Positions 7,412 through 17,340 of a DNA stretch of 55,908 bases are shown here, in pieces. The notes under the pieces were generated by a model. That model was not told the DNA's origin. It saw only the letters and a list, made by a program, of their open reading frames with translations, and ran no database searches. The translations under genes and the position numbers were made by a program. Position 1 is the stretch's first letter. Each line of letters opens with the position of its first letter. The DNA is from a virus (taxonomy: Duplodnaviria; Caudoviricetes). Location: IMG/VR virus record IMGVR_UViG_3300027198_000001, positions 1 to 55,908 of that record. One strand, 5' to 3'.

Positions 7412-9767
7412 TGATACGGGTGTAAAAGACCAAATGACTGGACTATTAGGTAGTACTGAAGAGGAGTGGTCAAACTATACGAACAAACTTGCTTCTGAGT
7501 CTGAACCCCTACCAGAGACTACCTTTAGAGATGTAGCTACCTTCGTTGGTGAGATGACACCTATTATTGGTGATGCTATGGCAGCTAAAGATGTTTATGA
7601 TGAGCTTAACAAAGAAGAGCCTAATTATTACTTAGCAGGGGCTTTAGGTGGGGCTACTATTGTAGGCCTTGTCCCCGGCTTAGGTGATGCTGCTTCTGCC
7701 GCCATTAAGAAGGGTGCTAAAGAAGTATTTGATGTAGCTAAGCGGGTAGAGGTCAATCCTAATGCTATGGGTTCTATGGGTGGTAACATCTCCTTGAAAC
7801 CCAAAGAGGCAGACCTTCCAGATATAGAATTACCTCCCGCTGAAAATGCAGCTAGAACACAGATTGCAGGTACGTTACCTACATATAAAAAAGCAGACAC
7901 CCTTTTAAATGATGCAGTAGGGGAGGGTAGAACTCTAGACTTTGGGGCAGGATTGGGTTTATCTAAAAAAGAGCTAGGCTTTGATACATATGAGCCATTC
8001 CCAAAAGCAGACTTTACACCTGATTTTATTTCTCCAGAAGATATTCCATCTAACTCATACAAAAAGGTTACAAACCTAAATGTTCTAAACGTAGTACCTC
8101 GTGAGGTTAGGGATGGTATCGTTATGGATATTGGCCGTATTCTTGAACCTAATGGTGTAGCTGTAATAACTACTCGTGGTAGAGATGTAATGGCTGCTAA
8201 AGGTACTCCTGGACCTGAGCCTATGTCTATCATTACATCTATGGATACATATCAAAAAGGTTTTACTCAGCCTGAACTTAGATCCTATATAACAGAGGTT
8301 TTAGGTAATGGTTTTGAAGTAGCAAACAACAAGCTTGGTGCTGCTGGTGTTACAATACGTAAGCTACCTACAGAAACTAATGATACAGGATTCGCTGAAG
8401 GTGGCCTTGTTAAAAAGAGACAGCAATATGCAGAAGGTGGATTAACAATGGATGATCAAATGGAAACAGTGTTTAAATCCTCTAGAGCAGAAGTAGATCC
8501 TGTGTCTGGTAATGAAGTACCTCTAGGTGCTAGGCCTGAAGAGGTTCGTGATGATATCCCAGCTAACCTCAGTGAAGGTGAGTATGTTGTACCTGCTGAC
8601 GTTCTACGTTACTATGGTGTTAAGTTCTTTGAAGATCTCCGTATGCAAGCTAAGCAAGGCTGGCAAGAGCTAGACGAAGGTGGTCGTGTAGGTGGTGAAC
8701 CTTCAGGTATGGAAATGGGTGAAGACGAACTTCCATTTGATATCAGTGAGTTGCAGACTATTGATGATTCACAGATGGGTGAACAGCCTGAGATGAACAT
8801 GGGTGGTTACATTAAGGGTTATGCTGATGGCGGTGTAGTAGACGTTGATATGACTGCACTACAGGAAGAGTTTCCAGATGCATTTACGACTGCTGGAAAA
8901 GGTTCTGGGCAAGAGTATCGCACTTACACCAATGCTGAAGGTATGACACTCTCTGTACGCTTTGTGAATGGTAAGCCTATGTCATCTATCCCTGCAGGTT
9001 ATACAGCTTCTGGTGAGACTGCTGCTGAAACTGCTGCACCAAAGCGTGAACGCAAAGATCGTGACACTCCTACCCAACAACAGCCTGTAGAACGTAAGGA
9101 CTGGGCTACTGCTGATGCTTCTGAGTTCGGCACTTACCTTGATCAGAAAGATAGCCTATTAGGCAGAGGCGTTAGAGCTATTGCTGGCGGTATTAACCCT
9201 CTTATGGGCGCTCTTATTAGTTATGCAGGTAACGCAGAAGACAAAAGAGTTATGGAAGCTCTAGATAACCGCCTTGCAGCTATTACAGACCCTAAAGATC
9301 CAGAGTATAAAAAGCTTATGGACATGAAGTCTAGATTTACTGCTGCTAATGAAAAAGATACAATTAAAGATAAAGTAGTACGTGGTACTGGTATCTATGG
9401 TGGCGGTAAGAGCATGACTGATGGTCTAGTTGATACCAGCGGTGATGGTAAGACGAACTTTGGTGATACATATCTTGGTGACTTGCTCGGCTTCGACGGC
9501 TCTATGGGCGTAGACGCTAAAGATAAAGATGGTAACAAGATTGGTATTACTGAGTCTGTTGGCGGTGGCAGAAGAGATATGACTAATAAAGACACATCTC
9601 CAGCGCCTACACCCCCTGCGTCATCACCTGAAGCTGCTACTGCAACAAGCGGGTCTGCCCCAAAAGTCACAACTACTTCAATTCCAGAGAGCTACGACGA
9701 TAAAATTAGCAGAGGTGGCGGCTTCATGCATGGCGGCTATGTCAGCAAGAAGTCTAAAAAGAAGTAA
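7404..9767 (+). CDS. Multidomain head-module protein: pre-toxin TG-like + SAM-dependent methyltransferase + conserved SEGEYV core
   Basis: TPIIGDAMAAKD...GLVPGLGD; LDFGAGLG...NVLNVV...TYQKGFTQPEL; DDIPANLSEGEYVVPADV; five [FYM]xxGG motifs. Confidence 0.8.
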   Translation: MADDTGVKDQMTGLLGSTEEEWSNYTNKLASESEPLPETTFRDVATFVGEMTPIIGDAMAAKDVYDELNKEEPNYYLAGALGGATIVGLVPGLGDAASAAIKKGAKEVFDVAKRVEVNPNAMGSMGGNISLKPKEADLPDIELPPAENAARTQIAGTLPTYKKADTLLNDAVGEGRTLDFGAGLGLSKKELGFDTYEPFPKADFTPDFISPEDIPSNSYKKVTNLNVLNVVPREVRDGIVMDIGRILEPNGVAVITTRGRDVMAAKGTPGPEPMSIITSMDTYQKGFTQPELRSYITEVLGNGFEVANNKLGAAGVTIRKLPTETNDTGFAEGGLVKKRQQYAEGGLTMDDQMETVFKSSRAEVDPVSGNEVPLGARPEEVRDDIPANLSEGEYVVPADVLRYYGVKFFEDLRMQAKQGWQELDEGGRVGGEPSGMEMGEDELPFDISELQTIDDSQMGEQPEMNMGGYIKGYADGGVVDVDMTALQEEFPDAFTTAGKGSGQEYRTYTNAEGMTLSVRFVNGKPMSSIPAGYTASGETAAETAAPKRERKDRDTPTQQQPVERKDWATADASEFGTYLDQKDSLLGRGVRAIAGGINPLMGALISYAGNAEDKRVMEALDNRLAAITDPKDPEYKKLMDMKSRFTAANEKDTIKDKVVRGTGIYGGGKSMTDGLVDTSGDGKTNFGDTYLGDLLGFDGSMGVDAKDKDGNKIGITESVGGGRRDMTNKDTSPAPTPPASSPEAATATSGSAPKVTTTSIPESYDDKISRGGGFMHGGYVSKKSKKK

Positions 9768-9836
9768 AACTACCAAACAAAACCAACTATAAGGCTACCC
9801 AGCAATAGTGCTGGCCCCACATAAAAGGACTACAAC

Positions 9837-10757
9837 ATGTCAGAAGCACAAATGAAGACTGATTCAGTTTCACATCGCCGCAACCAAGCTCGTGTAGATC
9901 GTGACGAGGCTGAACTACAAGCACTTCTAAAAGAGAGTGGCTTAGTAACTGAGGAAGAGACAGATGATAGCGTACAGCAAGAAGCCCCAGAAGAAACTGA
10001 GGAAGAAGCCGTTGTTAGCCAAGAAGCCATCCCCTCAGAAGAGCCAGAGCAAGAAGAAGCCTCAGAAGAAGGTCTAAGTGCAGAAGAGAAAAGCTTTAAG
10101 AAGCGTTACTCTGACATTCGTAAGTACATGCAAGAGAAAGACACAGAGTATAAGCGTGAGATTGAAGCACTCAAGACACGCCTAAGCAACTCTTCACAAA
10201 CCTCTCTTGAAGAAGTTACCACTAAGGAAGAGATTGAGGCTTGGGCTAAGCAGAACCCTAAAGCTAACGCCCTCATTCGTGCCTTGGCTGAAGAACAGAC
10301 TACTGAGAAGATGAAAGGCTTGGAAGGTCGTGTCAAAGAAGTAGAGGCTATGCGTACTCAGGCTCGTAAAGAGAAAGCTGAAGCTACGTTACTCTCTATG
10401 CACCCAGACTTCGATAACATTCGTAATGATGATGCATTCCATGACTGGGCTAAGGAACAGCCTAGCTGGGCGCAGACAGCACTCTATGATGAGCCTGACG
10501 ATGTTAAGTCTGTAGCTCGTGTGTTGGATCTCTACAAGGCTGACAAGGGTATCAAGACTAAGAAGCCTAGCGCAGACAAAGAGGCAGCATCTTCTGTTAA
10601 GTCTCGTCGTAGTGTAATTGATACAAATGACTCCTCTAACTACCTCTCTGAATCAGCAGTAGAGAAGATGAGTATTAAAGAATATGAGAGCCGCATGGAG
10701 GAAATCTTCAAAGCGCAGCAATCAGGAAAGTTTATTTACGATATGAGTAAAAGATAG
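9837..10757 (+). CDS. Capsid scaffolding protein
   Basis: Acidic coiled-coil protein (FKKRYSD, HPDF...F.DW) immediately before the MCP. Confidence 0.8.
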   Translation: MSEAQMKTDSVSHRRNQARVDRDEAELQALLKESGLVTEEETDDSVQQEAPEETEEEAVVSQEAIPSEEPEQEEASEEGLSAEEKSFKKRYSDIRKYMQEKDTEYKREIEALKTRLSNSSQTSLEEVTTKEEIEAWAKQNPKANALIRALAEEQTTEKMKGLEGRVKEVEAMRTQARKEKAEATLLSMHPDFDNIRNDDAFHDWAKEQPSWAQTALYDEPDDVKSVARVLDLYKADKGIKTKKPSADKEAASSVKSRRSVIDTNDSSNYLSESAVEKMSIKEYESRMEEIFKAQQSGKFIYDMSKR

Positions 10758-10786
10758 TTGACAATACTTTAACCATAAGTAAAACT
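10758..10786 (+). promoter_or_regulatory. Sigma70-like promoter of the major capsid gene
   Basis: TTGACA-N16-TAAAACT followed by hairpin 10791-10819. Confidence 0.6.
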
Positions 10787-10992
10787 AAGGGCATACACAG
10801 CTATGAAGTTTGTGTATGCTTTAACACTAAGCACAAACTCCCACATAAAGAACTACCTCCTATTATAGGCCCAGCGCTAAATGGACGGCCATCCTGATAG
10901 CAACGCTGACTACCCTATTAAGAAGAGCCTCTTTCAAGTGGATATGTAGTGTCTCCCCTCTAAGCCACATATATCTTTGAAAGGATTTCACA

Positions 10993-12051
10993 ATGGCTAT
11001 TACATCTGCATCTGGCGGCTTCAACGGAGCCTGGTCCCCAGTAATCTACTCGAAAACAGCACAGATTGCACTTCGCAAGTCCGCTGTTACTAACGCAATC
11101 ACCAACAACTCTTACTTTGGTGAAATCTCCAACCAAGGCGACACTGTTCGCATCCAAAAAGAGCCAGACGTAACAGTCACAGCTCTGCAGCGTCACACAT
11201 CCATCACTGCTGAGCAGTTGGATGACACAGACTTCTCCCTGACAATCGACAAAGCTAACTACTTCGCATTCAAAATGGATGACATCGAAGAGCAGTTCTC
11301 GCACGTTGATTTCACACGTATGGCTTCCGACAAAGCAGCTTATAAAATGGCTGACGCAATGGACGAAGAAGTATTGGGTTACTTGTCTGGTTACGCTGGT
11401 GGTGCTGGTGCTTGGGCTGCAAACACTGTAGCTTCTGGCGACAAAGCTAATGCTGCTGCTGGTGCAGACGAGCTTCTTGCTGCTAACAAGCTTGATGCAA
11501 CTGCTTTTGGTAACTTGACCATCTCCACTACAGCTACTGCTGGCGATGCTATCCCATTGGCTCCACGTCTTCCAGGCGCAACTGCGTTGTCTTCTTCGAC
11601 TGTTTCCCCATTGACTGTACTTGCTCGTATGGCTCGTAAGATGGACACACAGAACGTAGACGCTCGTGGTCGTTGGGTTGTACTTGATCCAGTGTTCGTA
11701 GAGATGCTGAAAGACGAAGATTCCCGTATGCTTAACGGCGACTTCGGTGGTGCTGGTCTCCAGAACGGTTTGATCCTCAACAACATCCACGGCTTCCGTG
11801 TATATGTATCCAACAACTTGCCATACCTCGGCACAGGTGCTGGTACTAACGGTACTGCTGCACAGTCCACAGACTATGGTGTTATTGTTGCTGGTCAGGA
11901 CGATGCTGTTGCTTCTGCTGAGCAGATCAACAAAGTTGAGTCTTACCGTGATCCAAACAGCTTTGCTGACATTGTACGTGGTATGCACCTCTATGGTCGC
12001 AAGATCCTGCGTCCAGAGTCGCTCATTGTAGCTAACTACAACGCTGCTTAA
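10993..12051 (+). CDS. Major capsid protein
   Basis: GEISNQGDTVRI, LTIDKANYFAF, ADIVRGMHLYGRK; strongly biased codon usage; RBS AAGGA. Confidence 0.92.
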   Translation: MAITSASGGFNGAWSPVIYSKTAQIALRKSAVTNAITNNSYFGEISNQGDTVRIQKEPDVTVTALQRHTSITAEQLDDTDFSLTIDKANYFAFKMDDIEEQFSHVDFTRMASDKAAYKMADAMDEEVLGYLSGYAGGAGAWAANTVASGDKANAAAGADELLAANKLDATAFGNLTISTTATAGDAIPLAPRLPGATALSSSTVSPLTVLARMARKMDTQNVDARGRWVVLDPVFVEMLKDEDSRMLNGDFGGAGLQNGLILNNIHGFRVYVSNNLPYLGTGAGTNGTAAQSTDYGVIVAGQDDAVASAEQINKVESYRDPNSFADIVRGMHLYGRKILRPESLIVANYNAA

Positions 12052-12063
12052 TCCACTTAACTT

Positions 12064-12091
12064 AGGGGCTGGCATTACGCTGGCCCCTTTG
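12064..12091 (+). terminator. Rho-independent terminator after the MCP
   Basis: GGGGCTGGC-attac-GCTGGCCCC hairpin followed by TTT. Confidence 0.6.
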
Positions 12092-12118
12092 TGCCTTTAA
12101 CATAGAGGACATCACAAG

Positions 12119-12556
12119 ATGGCTATTACAACTGCAATGTGCAACAGCTTCAAGCAAGAGCTTCTTGGTGGTGTTCACGACCTAGATACAGATGCTATTC
12201 GTATCGCTCTAATCAAAGCTACCCCTACTGGCTCTTATGCTGGTTCTACAACTAATTATAACAACGTCACAGTAAATGGTGATGAAGCTGTCGGTACTAA
12301 CTACGTAACAGGTGGCAACACTTTGTCTAGCGCAGTTATTACTCTTGACGGCTCCACTGCTATTGTTGACTTTGCTGACACTACTTGGTCTTCGGCAACA
12401 GTATCTGCATCTGGTTGTATCATCTATAATGCAACTAAGGGTAACGCTGCTATTGCTGTTATTGACTTTGGTGGTATTAAGACTTCTACAAATGGTGACT
12501 TCACTGTTCAGATCCCTGTAGCTGATGCTTCTAACGCTATTGTACGTATTGCTTAA
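12119..12556 (+). CDS. Virion structural protein
   Basis: 145 aa beta-rich protein after the MCP; RBS GAGGA. Confidence 0.75.
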   Translation: MAITTAMCNSFKQELLGGVHDLDTDAIRIALIKATPTGSYAGSTTNYNNVTVNGDEAVGTNYVTGGNTLSSAVITLDGSTAIVDFADTTWSSATVSASGCIIYNATKGNAAIAVIDFGGIKTSTNGDFTVQIPVADASNAIVRIA

Positions 12557-12571
12557 TAAGGAACGTCTGCT

Positions 12572-13741
12572 ATGGCTTTAATACTCAAGGATAGAGTAAA
12601 AGAAACTGCAACTGTTGAAGGTACAGGATCTGTAACTCTTGCTGGGGCAGTAGAGGGTTTTCAATCCTTTGCCTCAGTCTTGGGTAGTTCTGACACTACG
12701 TACTACGCCATCTCTCACCGTAATGCTGATGAGTGGGAAGTAGGTCTAGGTACTTATAGTGCTGGCACATTGGATCGTACTACAATCCTAGAAAGTTCTA
12801 ACTCTGGTGCTTCTGTTAGCTTTACTGCTGGTACTAAGGATGTATTCATTACACTGCCAGCAGAGAAGGCTGTTGTACTTGATGCTAACTATGACCTAAG
12901 CGTAGGCAATATTATCACTACTGGTTACCTTCGTGGCCCAGCAGTCTTTACTATTGACCCTGCTGCTCATGGTGATGATACAGGTACTCTTGTCATTGCT
13001 GGTAACCTTCAGGTGGATGGCGTTACTACTACTATTAACTCTACTACTCTCAACGTGGATGATCTAAACCTTACCTTAGCATCTGGTGCAGCTACACCTG
13101 CTGCAGCTAATGGTGCAGGTATCACTGTAGATGGTGCTGCGGCTACTATTACGTATGACTCAGCATCTGACAGATGGGTTATGAACAAGGCCTTGTCTGC
13201 AGATGTAGTAGGTAATGTTACAGGCCAAGTGTCTAGCATTAGCAACCATAGCACTACAGATGTTGTAGAGGGTACAAACCTTTACTATACAGCTACACGG
13301 TTTGACGATGCTCTAGCTACTAAGACTACTGCTGATCTTACTGAGGGTGTTAACCTCTATTATACTGCAGGACGTTTCGACACTGCCTTTAGTGCTAAGA
13401 ACACTACAGACCTCACTGAGGGTACAAACCTCTACTACACTACTGGACGTTTTGATAGTGCTTTAGCTACTAAGAGTACAACAGATCTCACTGAGGGTAC
13501 AAACCTCTACTACACTACATCTCGTGCTAATGCAGATTTTGATACACGTATTGCAACAAAAAGCACAACAGACCTAGCAGAGGGTACTAATCTGTATTAT
13601 ACTACATCAAGAGTTGATGCACATGTAAACAAAGCTTTTGTAGACTCACTTAATGTAGATGCAGATACGCTTGACGGCTTAAACTCTACAGACTTTGACC
13701 CTGCTGGAAGCGCTCTAGCTTTAGCTATTGCACTCGGATAA
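12572..13741 (+). CDS. Tail fibre-like protein with TxDLxEGTNLYYT repeats
   Basis: Five ~25-aa repeats; N-terminal DRVKET module; C-terminal ALALAIALG. Confidence 0.8.
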   Translation: MALILKDRVKETATVEGTGSVTLAGAVEGFQSFASVLGSSDTTYYAISHRNADEWEVGLGTYSAGTLDRTTILESSNSGASVSFTAGTKDVFITLPAEKAVVLDANYDLSVGNIITTGYLRGPAVFTIDPAAHGDDTGTLVIAGNLQVDGVTTTINSTTLNVDDLNLTLASGAATPAAANGAGITVDGAAATITYDSASDRWVMNKALSADVVGNVTGQVSSISNHSTTDVVEGTNLYYTATRFDDALATKTTADLTEGVNLYYTAGRFDTAFSAKNTTDLTEGTNLYYTTGRFDSALATKSTTDLTEGTNLYYTTSRANADFDTRIATKSTTDLAEGTNLYYTTSRVDAHVNKAFVDSLNVDADTLDGLNSTDFDPAGSALALAIALG

Positions 13742-13752
13742 GGAATAACTAA

Positions 13753-14061
13753 ATGGCAAACACCTTCGTAAACTACACAGGTGCGGCAGTAGGTACTACA
13801 CCATCTACAGTCTATACTGTACCAGCGGCGACTACCGCAGTTATGATCGGTATGAACGTAGCAAACGTAACAGCAGCACAGATCACTGTAGATGTGCAGT
13901 GTGCAGGTGTTTACCTAGTTAAGGGTGTAGCTATCCCTGCTGGAGCAAGCTTGAGTGTCTTGGATGGTAAGATTATCCTGGAAGCCGCAGATACAGCAGT
14001 TGTTACATCTAATACGGCTGCTTCTGTAGATGTTATTATCTCGGTCTTGGAGCAGAGCTAA
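13753..14061 (+). CDS. Virion structural / fibre adaptor protein
   Basis: TVYTVPA...KIILEAAD; RBS AAGGA. Confidence 0.75.
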   Translation: MANTFVNYTGAAVGTTPSTVYTVPAATTAVMIGMNVANVTAAQITVDVQCAGVYLVKGVAIPAGASLSVLDGKIILEAADTAVVTSNTAASVDVIISVLEQS

Positions 14062-14594
14062 TGAGCAAGCAGACAGATTTACTGAACCTCACAGATGCAA
14101 TCACTGCGAACGGCACAGCCTTAAAAGTTGACACTATCCAGACTGCCGCTGGCGGGGTTCCCACTGCATCTGACTTGGGTATCAATGTTGCTGGATCAGT
14201 GTTGCAGGTTGTGACTTATACAGATAGCACTAACGTAAATTTGGTTGGGCCTGACGACATTACACTGTGGAGTTTCCCTATTCACAATGTAGCTGCTGGT
14301 TCCTCTATTCACGGCCAAATCAACATTTCTTCACTAATGGAATATGCTGGGGTAAAGCGATGGCGCATTAAAAACGCTACGGGTGATGTTGTCGGGGAAA
14401 TGATTAGTCAGGGAAATGGGAATGGAGGCTGGAGGATGCCGCAAACATCTACCTCGTTTTTTGATGCATCGCCAGTAGTCGGAACAAACACATATTATCT
14501 AAGCGTAAGGGCTAATGTCCAAGTCTATTATAATTACACTACTGGTTACGGTAACGGGATTACGAGCGTCCAAATGATGGAGGTAGCAGGATGA
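14061..14594 (+). CDS. Short fibre / receptor-binding protein
   Basis: LKVDTIQ...GSVLQVV...MEVAG fibre-tip family pattern. Confidence 0.7.
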   Translation: MSKQTDLLNLTDAITANGTALKVDTIQTAAGGVPTASDLGINVAGSVLQVVTYTDSTNVNLVGPDDITLWSFPIHNVAAGSSIHGQINISSLMEYAGVKRWRIKNATGDVVGEMISQGNGNGGWRMPQTSTSFFDASPVVGTNTYYLSVRANVQVYYNYTTGYGNGITSVQMMEVAG

Positions 14595-14908
14595 TTGGTG
14601 CAATAAATACAATAGCGGCACTACAGTCCCTCCGCCCAGCATCACAATGGGTGCTGCGTGATGACATCCTTGAGTGGCATGACACTGAGCAGACCCAGCC
14701 AACCACAGAAGAACTGGCGGCAGAGGTTCTACGCTTACAAGCAGCCTATGACGCCAACCAGTATCAGCGTGACAGAGCCGCAGCTTACCCAAGTCTGACT
14801 GAGCAAGCTGACATGGCTTACTGGGACAGACAGAACGGCACCACGACACTTGATGACGCCATCAACGCTGTCAAAGTCGCATACCCTAAACCCACAGGAG
14901 AAGCATAA
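14591..14908 (+). CDS. Tail fibre assembly chaperone-like protein
   Basis: ALQSLRP...YQRDRAAAYPSLTEQ...VKVAYPKP. Confidence 0.7.
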   Translation: MIGAINTIAALQSLRPASQWVLRDDILEWHDTEQTQPTTEELAAEVLRLQAAYDANQYQRDRAAAYPSLTEQADMAYWDRQNGTTTLDDAINAVKVAYPKPTGEA

Positions 14909-16221
14909 TGGCTGGCTATATTGGCTCAAGGGCTTCCGTTGTCTCCTCTGGCGCTGAACGCAAGAAGACCTTCGCAATCACCACGACAACAACAGTCCTC
15001 ACTGGATTGTCCTACACGCCCACATTCGTGCATCTGTTTCACAACGGTGTTCGTCTCGTAGACGGCACAGACTACACAGCGACTAATGGCACAAGCATCA
15101 CGCTGACTTCTGCTGCTGAGAGTGGCGACGAGGTTGTCGTGATCTCGTATGCTTCGTTTCAAGTTGCTGATGCCTATACGAAGGCTGAGACTTACTCGAA
15201 GGCTGAAGCTGACGCTGAGATTGCTTTTAAATCGTTTACTGAGGGTGCCAACACAGGATATGGCACTGCTCATAGAGTAAACAACCCAGCTTACTATGGG
15301 GATATAGGTTCTGACGCCCTTGATTTGAGTTATAATGCTTTTGCTTCTACAACCCGTGGCGCTACTGGTGCCAAATCCACAGCAATTGGTGGTGGTGTAA
15401 CGGCATCTGGCGATAACTCCACAGCAATTGGCTCTAATTCAGAAGCATCTGGCCTTCGCTCAACAGCAATTGCATATCGTGCATTAGCATCTGGTGATAA
15501 CTCCGTAGCGGCGGGTTATATAGCAACAGCTTCTGGCATCGGTTCCTTCGCACAGGCTAGTAGGGGGAATGCTAGTGGTAGCTACTCAGCAAACTTTGGG
15601 AATAGAACATATGCAAGTGGGTATACTGCGTTTGCCTCTGGAAATGGAACAACAGCAGCGGGTGATAACTCATTTGTAGTAGGTTATAATGGCGGCACAG
15701 GCACAGCCTCTGGAACCGTGTTTGGCGTGGCGTATGGTAATAGCACTGGGGACATCACGGCTTCTACGACAGACACGAACTTAGTGCTTGCTGTGTCTAA
15801 TGCTGGTCATGTCACTATGCCGTATCAGCCTTTCTTTAAGGCCAGATCACAGCCTAACGTAAATATTACGACACAGGGGCAGATATTACCGTTTGACGTT
15901 GTGGATAAAAACATAGGCAATCATTACAATAACAGCACATTTACGTTCACCGCCCCTGTTAATGGGGCCTACGTTTTTAACGTAATGCTGTTTACCCCTC
16001 CCAACCTAATATCTTTCGATTACTTCTACGTTAACGGGGTCCGTCAGACTTCTATTGAGCAGAACCATGCTCCAACAGGATACACTAACCGCAGTGATGT
16101 GTTTGTGGTCTACCTAGTTGCAGGGGACGCCGTGAGTATAGTTCATTGGGTAGGCACAACGCACCTCAACGGGTCTTTTGCTGGGCCACACAGCTACTTC
16201 AGCGGCTACCTTCTCGGATAA
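14908..16221 (+). CDS. Fibre protein with YadA-like head repeats and C-terminal C1q-like domain
   Basis: ASGDNSTAIG repeats; FDVVDKNIGNHYNNSTFTFTAPVNGAYVF...FSGYLLG. Confidence 0.8.
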   Translation: MAGYIGSRASVVSSGAERKKTFAITTTTTVLTGLSYTPTFVHLFHNGVRLVDGTDYTATNGTSITLTSAAESGDEVVVISYASFQVADAYTKAETYSKAEADAEIAFKSFTEGANTGYGTAHRVNNPAYYGDIGSDALDLSYNAFASTTRGATGAKSTAIGGGVTASGDNSTAIGSNSEASGLRSTAIAYRALASGDNSVAAGYIATASGIGSFAQASRGNASGSYSANFGNRTYASGYTAFASGNGTTAAGDNSFVVGYNGGTGTASGTVFGVAYGNSTGDITASTTDTNLVLAVSNAGHVTMPYQPFFKARSQPNVNITTQGQILPFDVVDKNIGNHYNNSTFTFTAPVNGAYVFNVMLFTPPNLISFDYFYVNGVRQTSIEQNHAPTGYTNRSDVFVVYLVAGDAVSIVHWVGTTHLNGSFAGPHSYFSGYLLG

Positions 16222-16251
16222 CCCCCCACACAAACAAAAGGAGGCATCAAC

Positions 16252-16527
16252 ATGCCAAACATCACAATCACGCTGACTGAGACACAATATAAAGGTCTTG
16301 AATACGCTGCCCTGTCACCTGAAGACTGGGCCATCAACGCAGTCACAGAACGCTGCCGCATTGCTAACGACGAGATCGTGCAGCTAACAGTGCAGCACTG
16401 CTTGGACAACGGCGAGGCCATCCCTCTGACCCGTGAAGCTATCGTGGCTCATGCGTTTGAACACGGTGTCGTCAAGACTTCAGCAGAGCGTCAAGCAGAG
16501 GCAGAACTAGCCCAGCAGGTTATCTGA
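16252..16527 (+). CDS. Small fibre-associated protein
   Basis: RBS GGAGG; follows a fibre gene. Confidence 0.7.
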   Translation: MPNITITLTETQYKGLEYAALSPEDWAINAVTERCRIANDEIVQLTVQHCLDNGEAIPLTREAIVAHAFEHGVVKTSAERQAEAELAQQVI

Positions 16528-17330
16528 TGAGTGGGTACATTGGCAACGTCCCAACACCACAGGCCACCCAGACACGCCAGTCGTTCACAGCTACAGCCTC
16601 CCAGACTAGCTTCGCCACAGCGGGTTACACCGCTGGCTTCCTCGACGTGTATCTCAACGGGGTACACCTGCTAGACAGCGCAGACTACACAGCTACTAAT
16701 GGTTCAGACATTGTGCTGACTGTTGGTGCTGCTGCGGGTGATGTGCTGGAGGTTGTGTCGTATAGTACGTTTGAGGTGGCTGATGTATATACGATGGCTG
16801 AGACCTACTCGAAGGTTGAAGCTGACAGTCGCTATGTGAACACAACAGGTGACACTATGACGGGTTCGCTTACTGCAAGCGGTCAGTTGAAACAGTTTGG
16901 TAGCAACCTTGTAATAGACGATGAACGTGGCACAAACATCGCCGAACTTGATACTTTCGTGATGACCGCAGGATCCAACTACAAATTGGCCCGCATTATG
17001 ACGGTAGGCGACACTCAGCGTATAGGCACATTTGCGCTAATGATTTGGATGTATGATTCTGGCCCCCACGGTGCGGGTACTCATTATTGGAGTGCCTCAT
17101 ACTCAGGTGTCATTTCTACGAACCATTCTGGAACAGCCTACAATGCAACAGGGCCATCTCAGTTAACTTTAAACAGTCACTACCATCACAGGACGGTAGC
17201 AGAGCCTACTTTCTACTTGGATAGTGATAACTCTGTGGGTGCATACGGTCACACCAACTTATACATTAACGTACCTGTAAACACGCAATTTTACAATGTT
17301 GGTGTCTATTTAAAACGATTGGCTTGGTGA
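16527..17330 (+). CDS. Fibre protein (N-terminus paralogous to 14908-16221)
   Basis: GYIG...NGV.L.D..DYTATNG...VVSY..F.VAD.YT.AETYSK.EAD shared; different C-terminus. Confidence 0.8.
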   Translation: MSGYIGNVPTPQATQTRQSFTATASQTSFATAGYTAGFLDVYLNGVHLLDSADYTATNGSDIVLTVGAAAGDVLEVVSYSTFEVADVYTMAETYSKVEADSRYVNTTGDTMTGSLTASGQLKQFGSNLVIDDERGTNIAELDTFVMTAGSNYKLARIMTVGDTQRIGTFALMIWMYDSGPHGAGTHYWSASYSGVISTNHSGTAYNATGPSQLTLNSHYHHRTVAEPTFYLDSDNSVGAYGHTNLYINVPVNTQFYNVGVYLKRLAW

Positions 17331-17340
17331 GGAGATAATC

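Noticed and set aside
10960-12075. 371-aa ORF antisense to the major capsid gene, and similar long antisense ORFs (7628-8233, 18613-19098, 25019-25801)
   Set aside because: Shadow ORFs produced by biased codon usage on the coding strand; no motifs or RBS, and they oppose the arm's transcription direction
13240-13620. Fibre repeats as DGR template/variable repeats
   Set aside because: They are in-frame protein repeats differing at synonymous positions rather than specifically at adenines, and no reverse transcriptase is encoded
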